A stretch of 64,000 bases of DNA from a virus (IMGVR_UViG_3300025162_000046:1-64000), one strand, 5' to 3'. Numbered from the stretch's first letter, positions 36,828-48,265 are shown. A program made the numbers and translations. Notes: generated by a model not told the origin, from the sequence alone.

Positions 36828-37442
36828 ATGTCAACGTTATCTACTGGTCTACAAATACAGCAAAAAATACCGGGCTTCATGCCCAATCTCTTTGAGGTTT
36901 CTATCTTTGGCGAAGATGGATCTGGCAATTCCAGTTTTCCTTTTACAGAATATTACACTGGTGCCGACGCGAGCAAGTCCTCACAATATTATTGCACCGC
37001 CTACGAGTTGCCGGCCCCCGCGCTTGGTTTTAAACGAGACCCTCTTAGTAAAAAATTCTACGCGGAAAAATATACTATTCCCGAAACAGTGAGTATTACC
37101 TGGCAAGAAAATCAAGAATTACAAGTTTGGAAATATCATCAAGATTGGCTTCGCTGCTTTTATAATAGGGAGACAGATCAATTTATTAGCGGCTCAAGCG
37201 GCAAGAAAAGAAATGCGCATATCACTATTCAAAGATATAACTCAAATCAAACAGATTTCTTAAGTACAGATTTAATAAATACATATACAATCAAATTAGC
37301 CGGGCTTATTCCCCAAAGTCTTCCTCCCCTACGAGGGGACTGGAATCAAGATGCTAGTAATTCGATGGGGCTTGCTATAAAATACTACGTGGATTATGTG
37401 GCTATACTTGATCCCACCGATACCTTCACGGGGGCCCAATAA
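36828..37442 (+). CDS. Tube-fold baseplate/tube initiator protein
   Basis: PNLFEV...ELP...VSITWQE...YHQDW...LAGLIP tube-like pattern and genomic position. Confidence 0.6.
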   Translation: MSTLSTGLQIQQKIPGFMPNLFEVSIFGEDGSGNSSFPFTEYYTGADASKSSQYYCTAYELPAPALGFKRDPLSKKFYAEKYTIPETVSITWQENQELQVWKYHQDWLRCFYNRETDQFISGSSGKKRNAHITIQRYNSNQTDFLSTDLINTYTIKLAGLIPQSLPPLRGDWNQDASNSMGLAIKYYVDYVAILDPTDTFTGAQ

Positions 37443-37870
37443 TGTCATCAATCATACAACGCAACATACAACAACTCGGACAAAAATTCCTCAAGAATAA
37501 CAATTACTTGGACATAGATTATCGTGGGTTTGTCAGTGAGTCTCATGATCCAACAATAGAATCAGGCCAAGTATTAATCAATGATCTTAAAATTTGGATT
37601 CAATCTACTAAGGGCGATTATTATCGGCGGTTTTCGATGGGTGGATTCTTCGACACTATTCAACAATACCCGCTTAATAATGAGGGAGCGATTTCTCTTT
37701 CTAGCGCGCTTAAATCAGCCATCTCCGCTAATTTTTCAACCATTACAATTTTAACTCTTCAAGTAACCCCTAATTATCAAAATCGCGCCTGGGTGTTACA
37801 ACTAGTAGTTAGGGATAACATCACGGGAGCCATCGCTCCGGTTACAACTTCAGTTCAGTCGACTACCTAA
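37442..37870 (+). CDS. gp25-like baseplate wedge subunit
   Basis: LKIWIQSTKGDYYRRFSMGG motif, size and position. Confidence 0.7.
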   Translation: MSSIIQRNIQQLGQKFLKNNNYLDIDYRGFVSESHDPTIESGQVLINDLKIWIQSTKGDYYRRFSMGGFFDTIQQYPLNNEGAISLSSALKSAISANFSTITILTLQVTPNYQNRAWVLQLVVRDNITGAIAPVTTSVQSTT

Positions 37871-37974
37871 ACTATATTACTCTAATTTCCGGAAGTTCAC
37901 TAATGGCACTAATTGTATATCAGGTGTATCATAAAGACCCCTTATATAATTAATGGGAACTTTTGGGGGATGGC

Positions 37975-40578
37975 ATGGCCAAGCGATTTGATTCAGAATC
38001 AATATTCAATAGATTGATGAGCCGAATGGAGGTTAATCTCAATTGGGCTATTCTATCTCAAAATGGTGTCATTGCCGCCATGATGGATGCTTTTGCAGAT
38101 AGACTATCTGAAATTTCTCGTTATGCAGAGTACTTGTTAGCAGAAAAAAAGTGGACTACGGCTCAGAACATCTCATCTCTCAATACCCAAGCTGGGCTAA
38201 CCGGATACAAGTCTCATAGAATGAGATCTGCAATATCTTACGTGATTGTTTCCCATACGGATCAAAATGGCACCAATCGACTAGCTAATTATGGCCGCAC
38301 GTTTTTTAATTTAAGTGATAGGTCGAATTTTGACAATATTACAGAGGACCCCGACCCCCAAAGCCTTCTCCGATCCCAAGCTTTAGTTCCTTGGACATAT
38401 GATACTCCTTACATAATTCCGCGAGGCACCCGCTTTATCTCTTCTAATGGTGTGGAGTTTATCTCTATTCAAGCATTAGCATCTCGAACTTTAAAAGAGC
38501 CATATGATGTTATTGTAAATAGTTCTTCTCGTTACTCCGCCTTTCTTAATGCCGGGGGGTGGGAAGGTATTAAATATCTCAAGATCCCTGTGATCCAAGG
38601 TAAAGTTAAAACTTCAACCTTGGGTACTGCGGCAGGCACCCGATTCGAGTCGATGATACTTTCTCTCACTAACTGCGAAGATGCCTCAAACAATATTTCG
38701 AAGGATTTTTTAGTAGTAAAAGTAAATCCAACCCCCCTCTCGCCAGAAAATGCTCAACAATGGATTCAAATTCCCAATATTTTGCTTGCTGGCCCTCTTG
38801 ACAAAGTTTTTGAAGTTACGAATATGCCAAATTACTCGGGTGTAATTTTTAAATTTGGGGATGGAATCACGGGCCAGAAATTAAGTGCTAACTCTACCGT
38901 CACAGTATCTTATCTTGAAACTGCCGGCGCTGCGGGGAATATAGATAAAAAATATCAAGTGACTTCGATAGCATTTCCTATAGGGACTCAAATGATAGAT
39001 CCGCGAACAAATACGGTATCTAATTTTCTTAGCGTAACAAACGAAGCTTCTATTCTCGGGGGCAGAGACCCTGACTCACAAGAGGATATTCGAACCAACG
39101 CTCCGCTAGACTACTTAGAATACTACGCGATAGCAACAACGGCTGCATACGAAAAGCAAATTTTACAATACGCTCAAATTGGTCTGGACAAAGTAAAAGT
39201 ATTTGCGGGAAATGCCACAAATCTCCTAACTTTGATTGGGGACATTGCAGGATCTAATAGAGGCCCTCTTGTGACCGGGGTTTCTCAATCTGTTTTATAT
39301 GTTACGGCTATTTCTTCAACGGGAGAAGTTATTGAAAACGCGCAAGACGCGTTTGTAACCCCAGTAACTCAAGCCATTGGAAACCTAAAAGCCCCATCTG
39401 ATACTTTAGTGTATGTAGACCCTTCTCTCATTCAATTAAGATTAAATACTACGGTTTACTCGGACGCCACCAATCGATCAGATCAAGATGTTATTAACGC
39501 AGAGTCTGCTGCGCTGCAAGCGGCATATTCCATTTTTAATGTGGATTTCAACACCCCATTTTATAATTCCGAATATGTAGCATTAACCCAGTCATTCCCA
39601 TTTGTTAAGTTCACAGACACATTTATAGAGGCCATAGCTGATACCCCGTTGGCCCTCGATAATATTACTTTTCCTCTCGCATCACTATCCTCTCTAGGAA
39701 ATAACACGCCGCCTGGCGGGGATACGGCATACCCTATTCTATATAAAATAGGGTTCACCTTTAATCCTATTTTTGGGAGCAATTCTTATGCATTAGGTTT
39801 TGCAAATTATAAGCAAAATTCACCATATTTGTTGCGTATTGATTTACAGTTTATCAATAATCCGATTGCCGCGGCATCATTAAATAGAACTTTCTTTTTA
39901 TTTGATGATCGCGCATTGTATAATCCAACATATTTAGGGGCCCCTTTACAAGATGCTATTTCAATTAATGACGCTAAGTATCTTAATCTAGATGGTAGCC
40001 CCGTAATTACTAATGGAGCCGTATATTCAGATTGGGTAAGGCCCGAGGAAACCTTTGAGAATTATAATCGCGCGGCGAGGGTTGCTCAATACTCATATAT
40101 TTCCAATATTACAGACGTTTCCTTTATGGCGGGTTCTCGAGATTTTACCAAAGGTCCTTTCGAAATTCGCCCGTATTATGTAGATAATACCGGGAGCAAC
40201 ACAATATTCACTGCGGCAGATGTTACTTGGCCCGCGGGAACGCTCGACCCACGAGTTATGCTTCCTGGTGATGTCCAGTGTTATAGAAAAGACTGGAGAT
40301 ATATTGATTATTTAGATATAAATTTTTTAGAGAATTACGACATGGCGAGTTCAGATATATTTGCCACGGGGTCTTTGGTAATTCCTGGAAATTATTTTGG
40401 ATTTTCTAGCGCAGTTACCGAAAATAAAGAACAGTTTGTCGGCGCACTTAATAATTTTGTTTCTATAAAAGCGTATGCTCGTCCGTTACTTACGGATCTC
40501 GAACCACAAAATTGGAATGAGATTATTTTTGTTTCTAATGAAGATATTAAAGTAGAACGTTTAAAAACGGCGATATAA
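37975..40578 (+). CDS. Baseplate wedge protein (gp6/Baseplate J-like)
   Basis: TAQNISSL...GYK, IPRGTRF, FKFGDGITG, VSYLETAGAAGN, GGRDPDSQEDIRTNAP. Confidence 0.85.
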   Translation: MAKRFDSESIFNRLMSRMEVNLNWAILSQNGVIAAMMDAFADRLSEISRYAEYLLAEKKWTTAQNISSLNTQAGLTGYKSHRMRSAISYVIVSHTDQNGTNRLANYGRTFFNLSDRSNFDNITEDPDPQSLLRSQALVPWTYDTPYIIPRGTRFISSNGVEFISIQALASRTLKEPYDVIVNSSSRYSAFLNAGGWEGIKYLKIPVIQGKVKTSTLGTAAGTRFESMILSLTNCEDASNNISKDFLVVKVNPTPLSPENAQQWIQIPNILLAGPLDKVFEVTNMPNYSGVIFKFGDGITGQKLSANSTVTVSYLETAGAAGNIDKKYQVTSIAFPIGTQMIDPRTNTVSNFLSVTNEASILGGRDPDSQEDIRTNAPLDYLEYYAIATTAAYEKQILQYAQIGLDKVKVFAGNATNLLTLIGDIAGSNRGPLVTGVSQSVLYVTAISSTGEVIENAQDAFVTPVTQAIGNLKAPSDTLVYVDPSLIQLRLNTTVYSDATNRSDQDVINAESAALQAAYSIFNVDFNTPFYNSEYVALTQSFPFVKFTDTFIEAIADTPLALDNITFPLASLSSLGNNTPPGGDTAYPILYKIGFTFNPIFGSNSYALGFANYKQNSPYLLRIDLQFINNPIAAASLNRTFFLFDDRALYNPTYLGAPLQDAISINDAKYLNLDGSPVITNGAVYSDWVRPEETFENYNRAARVAQYSYISNITDVSFMAGSRDFTKGPFEIRPYYVDNTGSNTIFTAADVTWPAGTLDPRVMLPGDVQCYRKDWRYIDYLDINFLENYDMASSDIFATGSLVIPGNYFGFSSAVTENKEQFVGALNNFVSIKAYARPLLTDLEPQNWNEIIFVSNEDIKVERLKTAI

Positions 40579-40592
40579 GAAAGAGGTAAGGG

Positions 40593-43500
40593 ATGTCGGA
40601 TATTATATCAGTCATGGGTGCTAGCGCGGCCTACACTTCAGACACAGAATTTACTCTCGTAAAAAGGGTACAATTAACTAATGAAGTACCTTCCTCATCT
40701 TTAGCCGCACTATTACCCACAGGACTACGAAATGATTTTTGGAAATATTTTGTAGGATCAACTAAAACAGAGCACGAAATACCCACCATCTCCACAGGGG
40801 GTACCATTGATACTCAAGTTATGAAAATAGTCAATGGGGTAGTTTCCTCAGATTATGGCCCCCCGGCAATTGCTGGCACTACTTATTCTTCTTTAGATAT
40901 TGAAGGAGTAATTCAACCTGAATTAGACCTTTTTCTTCATGAGTTATATCGGTATCTAGATCATTTATATCCGGATCATCCCGATTACTCACTCTTGCTT
41001 ACCCCCATAGAACTTAACGATGCTTTTTTCGCCGCCGCTGCAATTATTGGGTATACCCCTGATTACCGATTTCTAGGAATTTGGTCTCAATCTATTACTG
41101 GAGCCACCCTTACTCAAGAGGAACTGAAATGGAAGATTCGAGATCTTCGATCCGCGGCGTATCGACGTAAATTCAATGGATCCTACAGTGGATATAAAAG
41201 TATTTTTTCTTCTATGTATCGCCACGGGTCTGTGTATGCTACGGGCACGTATATCCCGAAAACAATTATTAATTCTCTTGATGTTACCAGTAAGAACTTT
41301 TTTAGAATGTTCAGGCTTATTGATTTTTTAGGCGTCAACGATTCCATTTACAAGGAATCAACAGAGGCCGCTTTTAACGGAATTATAGACCCTTCTGATC
41401 TATATTCCATTTATGAAATTACTCCTCAGTTATTATCTAATGACATATCCGTTCTCTCTAAAATTTCTTTTGGGGCCTTCATTGCTGACACGGATCAGAT
41501 ACTAATTCCTACCGCTTCTGCGGGGATTACGGTGCAATCTAAATCGACAGTCCCTTATTATTATGATTCTAATTATATTTTACATCGAATTGGGCTATCA
41601 GGTCGCGGCTTAGCAAGTTCCCGCAAGTACACTATCACTCATAGAGGGGTGAGACAAACAGACCAAATCACTCTTTCTCCTCGGCCTTTTGGTATTTTAG
41701 GCTCCTTTTCTTTACCAGCATCCGTAGCGCTAAAGATGTATCCTAAGGATACTTTAGCGATGACGCCCATCGCAGCAATATCTTTTGGCGAAGATACTCT
41801 TATTATTGATGATCTCATTCAAGATTCCTATGTTACAACAACAGGTTATAGTCAAGCAGATGTTGCGAGAATCATAGAAACCGCTCCTGGTGTAATTACG
41901 ATTTTTACTAATCCGGCATCGGCACCAATTATTACTCAGCCGCCAGCAACAGATATATTATCCTTTGGGTTTAATATTCAAATCACTCAATATATAAATA
42001 CAGAAATTACTCATTCTTATGTATTTCTTGAAGGCTTAGTTACCTACGTTCTTGGGACAGGCACGGCTCTTTCCAGCGCTTCGCTCAAAATTCTTTGCGT
42101 ACCAGAGATCAATCCAATTACGGGGGAAACAAACAATCGTGATCTTTTTATAAATGCCGTAGGATACCCCACAATTGCTGTGGGCAATTATGTGGACATT
42201 TGTGCGTATAACATAATAACTTCTACCTGGGATGTTATTTCTAATACATATGGATGGATCGATTCTATTGATTATGGGAGTGTAATAACTAATGAAATGA
42301 CGCGTTTCGGGGTTACCTTAGGATCCCCAGCAACTTTTACCCCGGATGATTTTTTGCCTTGGGAGCAAAGAGCTTCTTCTTCTTTTGTTGCGAGCACCAA
42401 TTCTTTTGTCAACGGCACAATTCCAGGAACTATTTTATCTGACTCGCCAACTGAGATCGCTGTGTTCGAAGGGAATTCGGAATCCTTGAGAGCAGAGTCT
42501 TTAACGGCTGGAGATTCTATTTATGGCCCTGGGTTACAAGTTGGCACTATCGTTGTAAGCTCCACCGCTCGCTCGATTATAATTTCACCCGCCGCAATTC
42601 AATTCGGATCTTTTACTTATACTGTTACTATGAAGCATAATACAGGTGCGATTTCTTCACCAAAAATCTTTGATTTTAAAAAAGATTTATTCACCCAGTA
42701 CCCAACACTAACTTCTTCTGCGTTTGATTTTCTCTGGCCCTCATCAACTTGGCCAGAAGTTAGCCAAGGGTATCTTGAAGGCGTGATAGACACATCCCTA
42801 TACTCATATCCCGCTGGCCTCCCCTCTGGTATTACTTTACCGGCTAATGTATATATAGATCGCAATGTAGTCCTTGATTTATCTCTCGATAGACCCTTGT
42901 ATCATCCAAATACCTTAGGATTAACAGGAGGTGCAGGCCAATACCTCTGTTTATGTGACACCCCCTGGTTAGACTATTTGGAATTTTTTGCTAATCAATC
43001 CAAGAGAGCAACAGAGCAAGTATATGTCGGCGCGCAGATCAATCTTACAACAGATACTTCTGGATTATATACTATCATTCCTGGCATGAGTTATACGGAT
43101 CCCGCAATTCAAGCCAAATTCACAATAATACCCCAGAATTATAATCCTAACCCCCAACCAGCATATATTCAGTTAGGGGTCGGCGGCGAATTGAAATCGC
43201 AATTATTTGTATCAATTGATTCTTTAATTCGTCCTTCTATTTTCGGGTCTGCTTTTTACGATCAATCAGGAAGAGATGAAACGGTGGGAGAAACTCGCCG
43301 AAGCACGTATTTCTCTAAAGGAAGTAATGTAGCTTCTGGCTTTGCAAATATTGCTACTAGTTTACAACTGGAAGCCCCTGTTTTTGAAACGCCAGTTGGA
43401 GAATATGAAAATATAAGTGGCCCAGCAGCAACCGATAGCCAAGGATTTGCGACATATACAAGCGGTCTAACAGACCCTGATAATCCTACTAATTCCTATC

Positions 43501-46500
43501 ACGTTATTCATTCGATAGTGTATCCTCAGCGTTTTCAGGATATTTCAATAAATCTAGGATCGGGGAGTTCCTTAATTATCAATCCACCGGCCATGATAGA
43601 GCTTCAGCGCTTACCAGCCCCCTGGGCCTATCGAGGTAATTGGTCCCCCACACCTGCACCAACCTCCATAGAAACCCAACCCATAACTTTAGTACCAAAT
43701 TGGCCATCCGGAACTACCTATGCTAATAAAAATTATTTTATTATACAAGAGACAGCGACTATTGGGGCCCTCTCTTTCATAAAAGGGGACTGGATTGTAT
43801 GGGACGGAGCTCAATGGGTAAATAAAATATGGTCATTGCAGGGATCCTTAAAAATCGATCATTCTGGAAATATATCTCTCCCAGATATCTCTGCTCTCAG
43901 CACTCTTGCTGGCATCTTTCCTTATTATATTGTTATAGAAGAAGGGCGCATCCTCGAACTCGGAGATGTACATATAGGAGATTGGGTAATTGCTGCCGAA
44001 GGAACTCCTTCAAACCCCACGTGGATATTGTCCACAGGACAAAGTTATGATGCTCTGCGCAATACAGTTTATTCAGATACATTATCTGCTTCAGATTATT
44101 CTGAAATTACTCAGAATATTATAAAAATTCTTGGCGATACCGTTTTTAAGTATCAACTTCCTCGAAAATTTCTCGCTCCGGGTTCCTGCAACTTACGATT
44201 TCTAATTAAACCTAGTTATAATGCTATAGATAAATCCGGGGCATTTTATAATTTTACTGCGGCGGCCCTTCTCTATGATACTGCAGAAGAGTCTTTTTAT
44301 GTGCAAGACACATCTTTAGATTCTTTATTGATTTATTTTCAGGAAGGATCAAGCATAGAAACTGATTTTTTTAATACGGTTAACTCCGACGGGACTCAAA
44401 CACAATTTAATGTCAAGTCCTCTGTAGAACCTATTAAACATTATGTTCAGTTTCGTGAACCTCAATACTTTAAAAATCTCGGCACTGTGATTGGATCTGT
44501 TAGTGCAGAATTTCCAAAGCAGCTTTCTCTTATCTCAGGGTTTGATTTCCCAATTTCTCAGATTTCACCAACGGATATTATGATATCTGGGTCACAAATC
44601 AAACTTCGAAATAATTATTCATCAGTATTCGAAAATACCTTTTTTACTCACTATGTTACTTTACAAGGTATGCTATCTACTTCTGACATCACGAATCATA
44701 CTCTGGTCCCTGTAACAGGAACAGGGACCGATTCTACCTTTCTTGCAGAATTTTCTTCAGCAGCATCACATCTTACAATAGGAGATCAAGTATTAATCAC
44801 TGAGCCAGCGGTGGCTCGGCAATATGATGCAACATACGAAACACGCTATTATAAAAATTTACTTGCAATAGCGGGTACTGTTTCTCAAAGTGATCCTACT
44901 ACGTTGCTTCCGATTGGAAACGGGTCTGAGGATCTAGCTTCTTTTGCAGCGGCGATGAATCTAATAAGCACAGGGGATAGTACTTATGGTATTTTTATTC
45001 TTGGCGGCTCCTCTTTTTCCACAGGAGCGCATCAATTGCCTTTTACCGGGGCACTCTCGGCTGCCTGCAATCGCAGCGCGCCCTTACTTTGGATTGTAGG
45101 CGGCGTAGGCGGTCAATTAGCAAAATCTTCCGACGGGTCAACTTGGACTCCCATTTCTTTCTCGACCTGGGGGGTTGGAAATATTCGAAAAGTATATTTC
45201 ACGATTACATCCTCAGGCATGGGCCAGTGGAGAATAGTTGGTGATAATGGTAAATGCGCCTGGTCTCAGGATAACGGAGTCAGCTGGTTTATGGATGCAA
45301 TCCCCGGCTGGGGAACCACTCGCATTAATGATATCAGTTACATGAATGATACGTGGGTAATCGTGGGAGATAGTGGGAAACTCGCTTATCTTAATGCGGA
45401 GCTCGCCGGCGCCACAGTCTGGACTATTCCCAGCAGTTCGGGCTTCGGCGCAACTACGATCCGGACAGTATCAAGCGGCAATAATACTTGGATGACAGGT
45501 GGTGGGGATACTTCAGGCCCTGGAATTCTTTCTATATCTATGGATTCAGGTGTCACTTGGAATTCTGCCCCCATGAATAGTACCACCTGGGGAGATAATT
45601 ATATTACCTCCATCCTGTGTAACAATGAAGCGGCTAACCGTACTTGGGTAGTGGCGGGGATAAACGGCAGGATCGCTTATTCTGTGGACGATGGTGTGAA
45701 TTGGGCATCGTGCGCTGCGCTCCCCACCAATTGGAGCTCTGCAAATATAAATAATATTTCTTACGGATATGGAGTATGGACTATTGTTGGAGATCAGGGG
45801 CGAATAGCGACCTCAATCGACGGCATAACCTGGGTAATGAGTACTGCCCCCTCAACATTAAGTACAACTAACTTGAGGGCGGCCGCCCACGGTGCTAGTT
45901 TAATAAATGGTATAGAAGACCTGATCGTGGGAGATTCTAATCTCATAGCATATTCCAGTAGCCTCAATTTATCACAAGGGTCCCGAACAGTTCAAGGAAC
46001 TTTCTCGGGCAGCTCCTCTATTAGTTTTAATTCAGATATCGTATCCTGGGTCTCAGGGGATCCCTTGATAAAAACAGTGTTGATCACATTATATACTAAG
46101 TTATCCGTTGAGTGTGAGTTAATCGGAATACCTTTAACTCGAATTCCCCTATTTTCTTTAGGAGATCAGTTAGTATTGCCTGTGGCAGTTGTTACTTCTT
46201 CGTATTCTCAAGCCAATAGGGTTTATTACCCCAGCACTGACCCCGCGGTTCACGTCGGATACCCAGCATATGCAGAAGACTCTTCTCTTTATTACACGGA
46301 TTCTAATAATCAACCAATTCTTTATGTAAATTCAAATAATGATAAACTATATCTCTGTGATGTTGCCGGAAATTACGTAAATTCGGTTTACTCTACACTC
46401 CCTATTTCTTCTTTCATGATGTATTCCACCAACTATGGGATTCAATTCAACGATACTCGCCAATTTTCCTATACGCCAAAATACCCCACTTATGCAGATT

Positions 46501-48239
46501 GGCTCGCGGGCAGTGGTCGATTAATTTTAAGACCCTCTGTAGCAATATCAAACATCATTATTTCGGTGTCCTCTTCATCCATTGTGTTTCGTGATGCACT
46601 CGCCCTCCCCTCAGGGAATAATATTCTTATATTGACTATCATGCCTACGGTCATCACCGGGACCGTCACTACGGCCTCCCTACCCGCTTACGAGTTTTCT
46701 TCAATACCCCCTCCTTCAGTTCCTTACGCGATCAATAATAACGCAACGGGTATTTATATTCCAGATGGAGGATATGGAACTTGGATAGGGTATAGTTCTA
46801 TTACAGATTATCTTCCTTGGATTGAGGACACTGCGGCATTCCACACTAACCCGTTAGTGAATATGAACGGAACTCCTGTGTATCTTTGTAATGCCGACGG
46901 AACTTTTAGAACAACCACTAGCGGAGACCTTATTCCAATGCAGGCCCCCGAATATTTTACTTTCCAAGAACTTATTACTAACCTTGGTCGAGAAATTGAT
47001 GTAGGGGGGTGCAAAGGAAAATGGACGCCAATCGCTACAGGATCTCCAGCAGTCCCCGTTTATCCTGACTCCGCGGAGCTCTCAATTAATGATTATTTTC
47101 TTATTACACAAACAGTCGCCATTAGTACCTTTACTTTCACTCAAGGAGATTGGTTAGTTTGGGATGGAGCACAATGGACTGACGCCCCCCCAACAAACCC
47201 TGTTGTAACTAAAGTAGATATAGCCAACAATACTATTTATTTTTCTAAATCTCTTTCCTCTACTTCAAAATATCTTCGTCTCCATATGCTCACAATTGCT
47301 TCCTTTGAACCTATGACAACAGATCTCAATAGCCCTCTTAGAATTTATAGCCTATTACAAACGCAGTTAAACAAGTATACTCCAGATAGGGTGTATTACG
47401 CAACAAGCGCCTACCCCCCATATAGTTCCCGTCCTGATTTATATCTCAATAATGCGTTCATTAATTCAAATGATGCGGTAGTGTATTATTGTGACGCGAA
47501 CGGCAATTACGTAGATGAAACTCTCACAACAAATACAGCGAGCCCAACTAGCCGATATCAGCCCCCAATGCCTAAGTACAAATTTTGTCAAGATTGGTAT
47601 AAGGAAGAACAATATTTAGAGGGGCAGGAAAATAATCCATACTGGCAATTTATAATAATTAAAGATGTTTTTGATTCTGATTCTAATACCTGGTCTCAAA
47701 AAGCAACCGTAAATCGCAAAAACAAAAGTGCCACGGGAACTCAGCTAGTATTCCAGGAAATTACCGATGGGTCTAACTACTTAACAGTACAAAAAGGATT
47801 GGAACATACTTCAACATTCACCTCTTTTTCTGTAAGCGCCGCTCCATATATTGATTATATCAAGGGTATCATTACTCTATTGATCGTGGTGAACCCTACA
47901 TATTCCCGGCCGGCAGCAGAAATAGAAACGGACTTCGAGCAATATGGTATTAAATTCATCTCAAATATAGAAATGACTAATATTTCTTCAACAACAGAAA
48001 TCATTCATTCTTTAATTAATAGTACGCTCACCACAGATTATCAGGTTAACACCACCCAAAATTTTGCGAATGCACAAGATAAAAAAAGTTCAATTGTAGC
48101 TATTACTGAAATGGGGGTCTTCAATACCGATGACACTATGATCGCCTACGCCACCTTCCCTCCAATTATCTACAATAGCGCGAAACACCACCTTTCGTTG
48201 AACTTGTTTATTAAACAAGGGCAGTTCTCATCAGTATAG
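40593..48239 (+). CDS. Giant (2548 aa) baseplate/adsorption protein with BNR/Asp-box beta-propeller and internal repeats
   Basis: RRKFNGSYSGYK wedge-like motif; SxDGxTW repeats; GDW(I/L)VWDGAQW twice; C-terminal ITEMGVFNTDDTMIAYATFPPI. Confidence 0.75.
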   Translation: MSDIISVMGASAAYTSDTEFTLVKRVQLTNEVPSSSLAALLPTGLRNDFWKYFVGSTKTEHEIPTISTGGTIDTQVMKIVNGVVSSDYGPPAIAGTTYSSLDIEGVIQPELDLFLHELYRYLDHLYPDHPDYSLLLTPIELNDAFFAAAAIIGYTPDYRFLGIWSQSITGATLTQEELKWKIRDLRSAAYRRKFNGSYSGYKSIFSSMYRHGSVYATGTYIPKTIINSLDVTSKNFFRMFRLIDFLGVNDSIYKESTEAAFNGIIDPSDLYSIYEITPQLLSNDISVLSKISFGAFIADTDQILIPTASAGITVQSKSTVPYYYDSNYILHRIGLSGRGLASSRKYTITHRGVRQTDQITLSPRPFGILGSFSLPASVALKMYPKDTLAMTPIAAISFGEDTLIIDDLIQDSYVTTTGYSQADVARIIETAPGVITIFTNPASAPIITQPPATDILSFGFNIQITQYINTEITHSYVFLEGLVTYVLGTGTALSSASLKILCVPEINPITGETNNRDLFINAVGYPTIAVGNYVDICAYNIITSTWDVISNTYGWIDSIDYGSVITNEMTRFGVTLGSPATFTPDDFLPWEQRASSSFVASTNSFVNGTIPGTILSDSPTEIAVFEGNSESLRAESLTAGDSIYGPGLQVGTIVVSSTARSIIISPAAIQFGSFTYTVTMKHNTGAISSPKIFDFKKDLFTQYPTLTSSAFDFLWPSSTWPEVSQGYLEGVIDTSLYSYPAGLPSGITLPANVYIDRNVVLDLSLDRPLYHPNTLGLTGGAGQYLCLCDTPWLDYLEFFANQSKRATEQVYVGAQINLTTDTSGLYTIIPGMSYTDPAIQAKFTIIPQNYNPNPQPAYIQLGVGGELKSQLFVSIDSLIRPSIFGSAFYDQSGRDETVGETRRSTYFSKGSNVASGFANIATSLQLEAPVFETPVGEYENISGPAATDSQGFATYTSGLTDPDNPTNSYHVIHSIVYPQRFQDISINLGSGSSLIINPPAMIELQRLPAPWAYRGNWSPTPAPTSIETQPITLVPNWPSGTTYANKNYFIIQETATIGALSFIKGDWIVWDGAQWVNKIWSLQGSLKIDHSGNISLPDISALSTLAGIFPYYIVIEEGRILELGDVHIGDWVIAAEGTPSNPTWILSTGQSYDALRNTVYSDTLSASDYSEITQNIIKILGDTVFKYQLPRKFLAPGSCNLRFLIKPSYNAIDKSGAFYNFTAAALLYDTAEESFYVQDTSLDSLLIYFQEGSSIETDFFNTVNSDGTQTQFNVKSSVEPIKHYVQFREPQYFKNLGTVIGSVSAEFPKQLSLISGFDFPISQISPTDIMISGSQIKLRNNYSSVFENTFFTHYVTLQGMLSTSDITNHTLVPVTGTGTDSTFLAEFSSAASHLTIGDQVLITEPAVARQYDATYETRYYKNLLAIAGTVSQSDPTTLLPIGNGSEDLASFAAAMNLISTGDSTYGIFILGGSSFSTGAHQLPFTGALSAACNRSAPLLWIVGGVGGQLAKSSDGSTWTPISFSTWGVGNIRKVYFTITSSGMGQWRIVGDNGKCAWSQDNGVSWFMDAIPGWGTTRINDISYMNDTWVIVGDSGKLAYLNAELAGATVWTIPSSSGFGATTIRTVSSGNNTWMTGGGDTSGPGILSISMDSGVTWNSAPMNSTTWGDNYITSILCNNEAANRTWVVAGINGRIAYSVDDGVNWASCAALPTNWSSANINNISYGYGVWTIVGDQGRIATSIDGITWVMSTAPSTLSTTNLRAAAHGASLINGIEDLIVGDSNLIAYSSSLNLSQGSRTVQGTFSGSSSISFNSDIVSWVSGDPLIKTVLITLYTKLSVECELIGIPLTRIPLFSLGDQLVLPVAVVTSSYSQANRVYYPSTDPAVHVGYPAYAEDSSLYYTDSNNQPILYVNSNNDKLYLCDVAGNYVNSVYSTLPISSFMMYSTNYGIQFNDTRQFSYTPKYPTYADWLAGSGRLILRPSVAISNIIISVSSSSIVFRDALALPSGNNILILTIMPTVITGTVTTASLPAYEFSSIPPPSVPYAINNNATGIYIPDGGYGTWIGYSSITDYLPWIEDTAAFHTNPLVNMNGTPVYLCNADGTFRTTTSGDLIPMQAPEYFTFQELITNLGREIDVGGCKGKWTPIATGSPAVPVYPDSAELSINDYFLITQTVAISTFTFTQGDWLVWDGAQWTDAPPTNPVVTKVDIANNTIYFSKSLSSTSKYLRLHMLTIASFEPMTTDLNSPLRIYSLLQTQLNKYTPDRVYYATSAYPPYSSRPDLYLNNAFINSNDAVVYYCDANGNYVDETLTTNTASPTSRYQPPMPKYKFCQDWYKEEQYLEGQENNPYWQFIIIKDVFDSDSNTWSQKATVNRKNKSATGTQLVFQEITDGSNYLTVQKGLEHTSTFTSFSVSAAPYIDYIKGIITLLIVVNPTYSRPAAEIETDFEQYGIKFISNIEMTNISSTTEIIHSLINSTLTTDYQVNTTQNFANAQDKKSSIVAITEMGVFNTDDTMIAYATFPPIIYNSAKHHLSLNLFIKQGQFSSV

Positions 48240-48265
48240 AGACTAATTAGAAAGGAGACTTCCGC

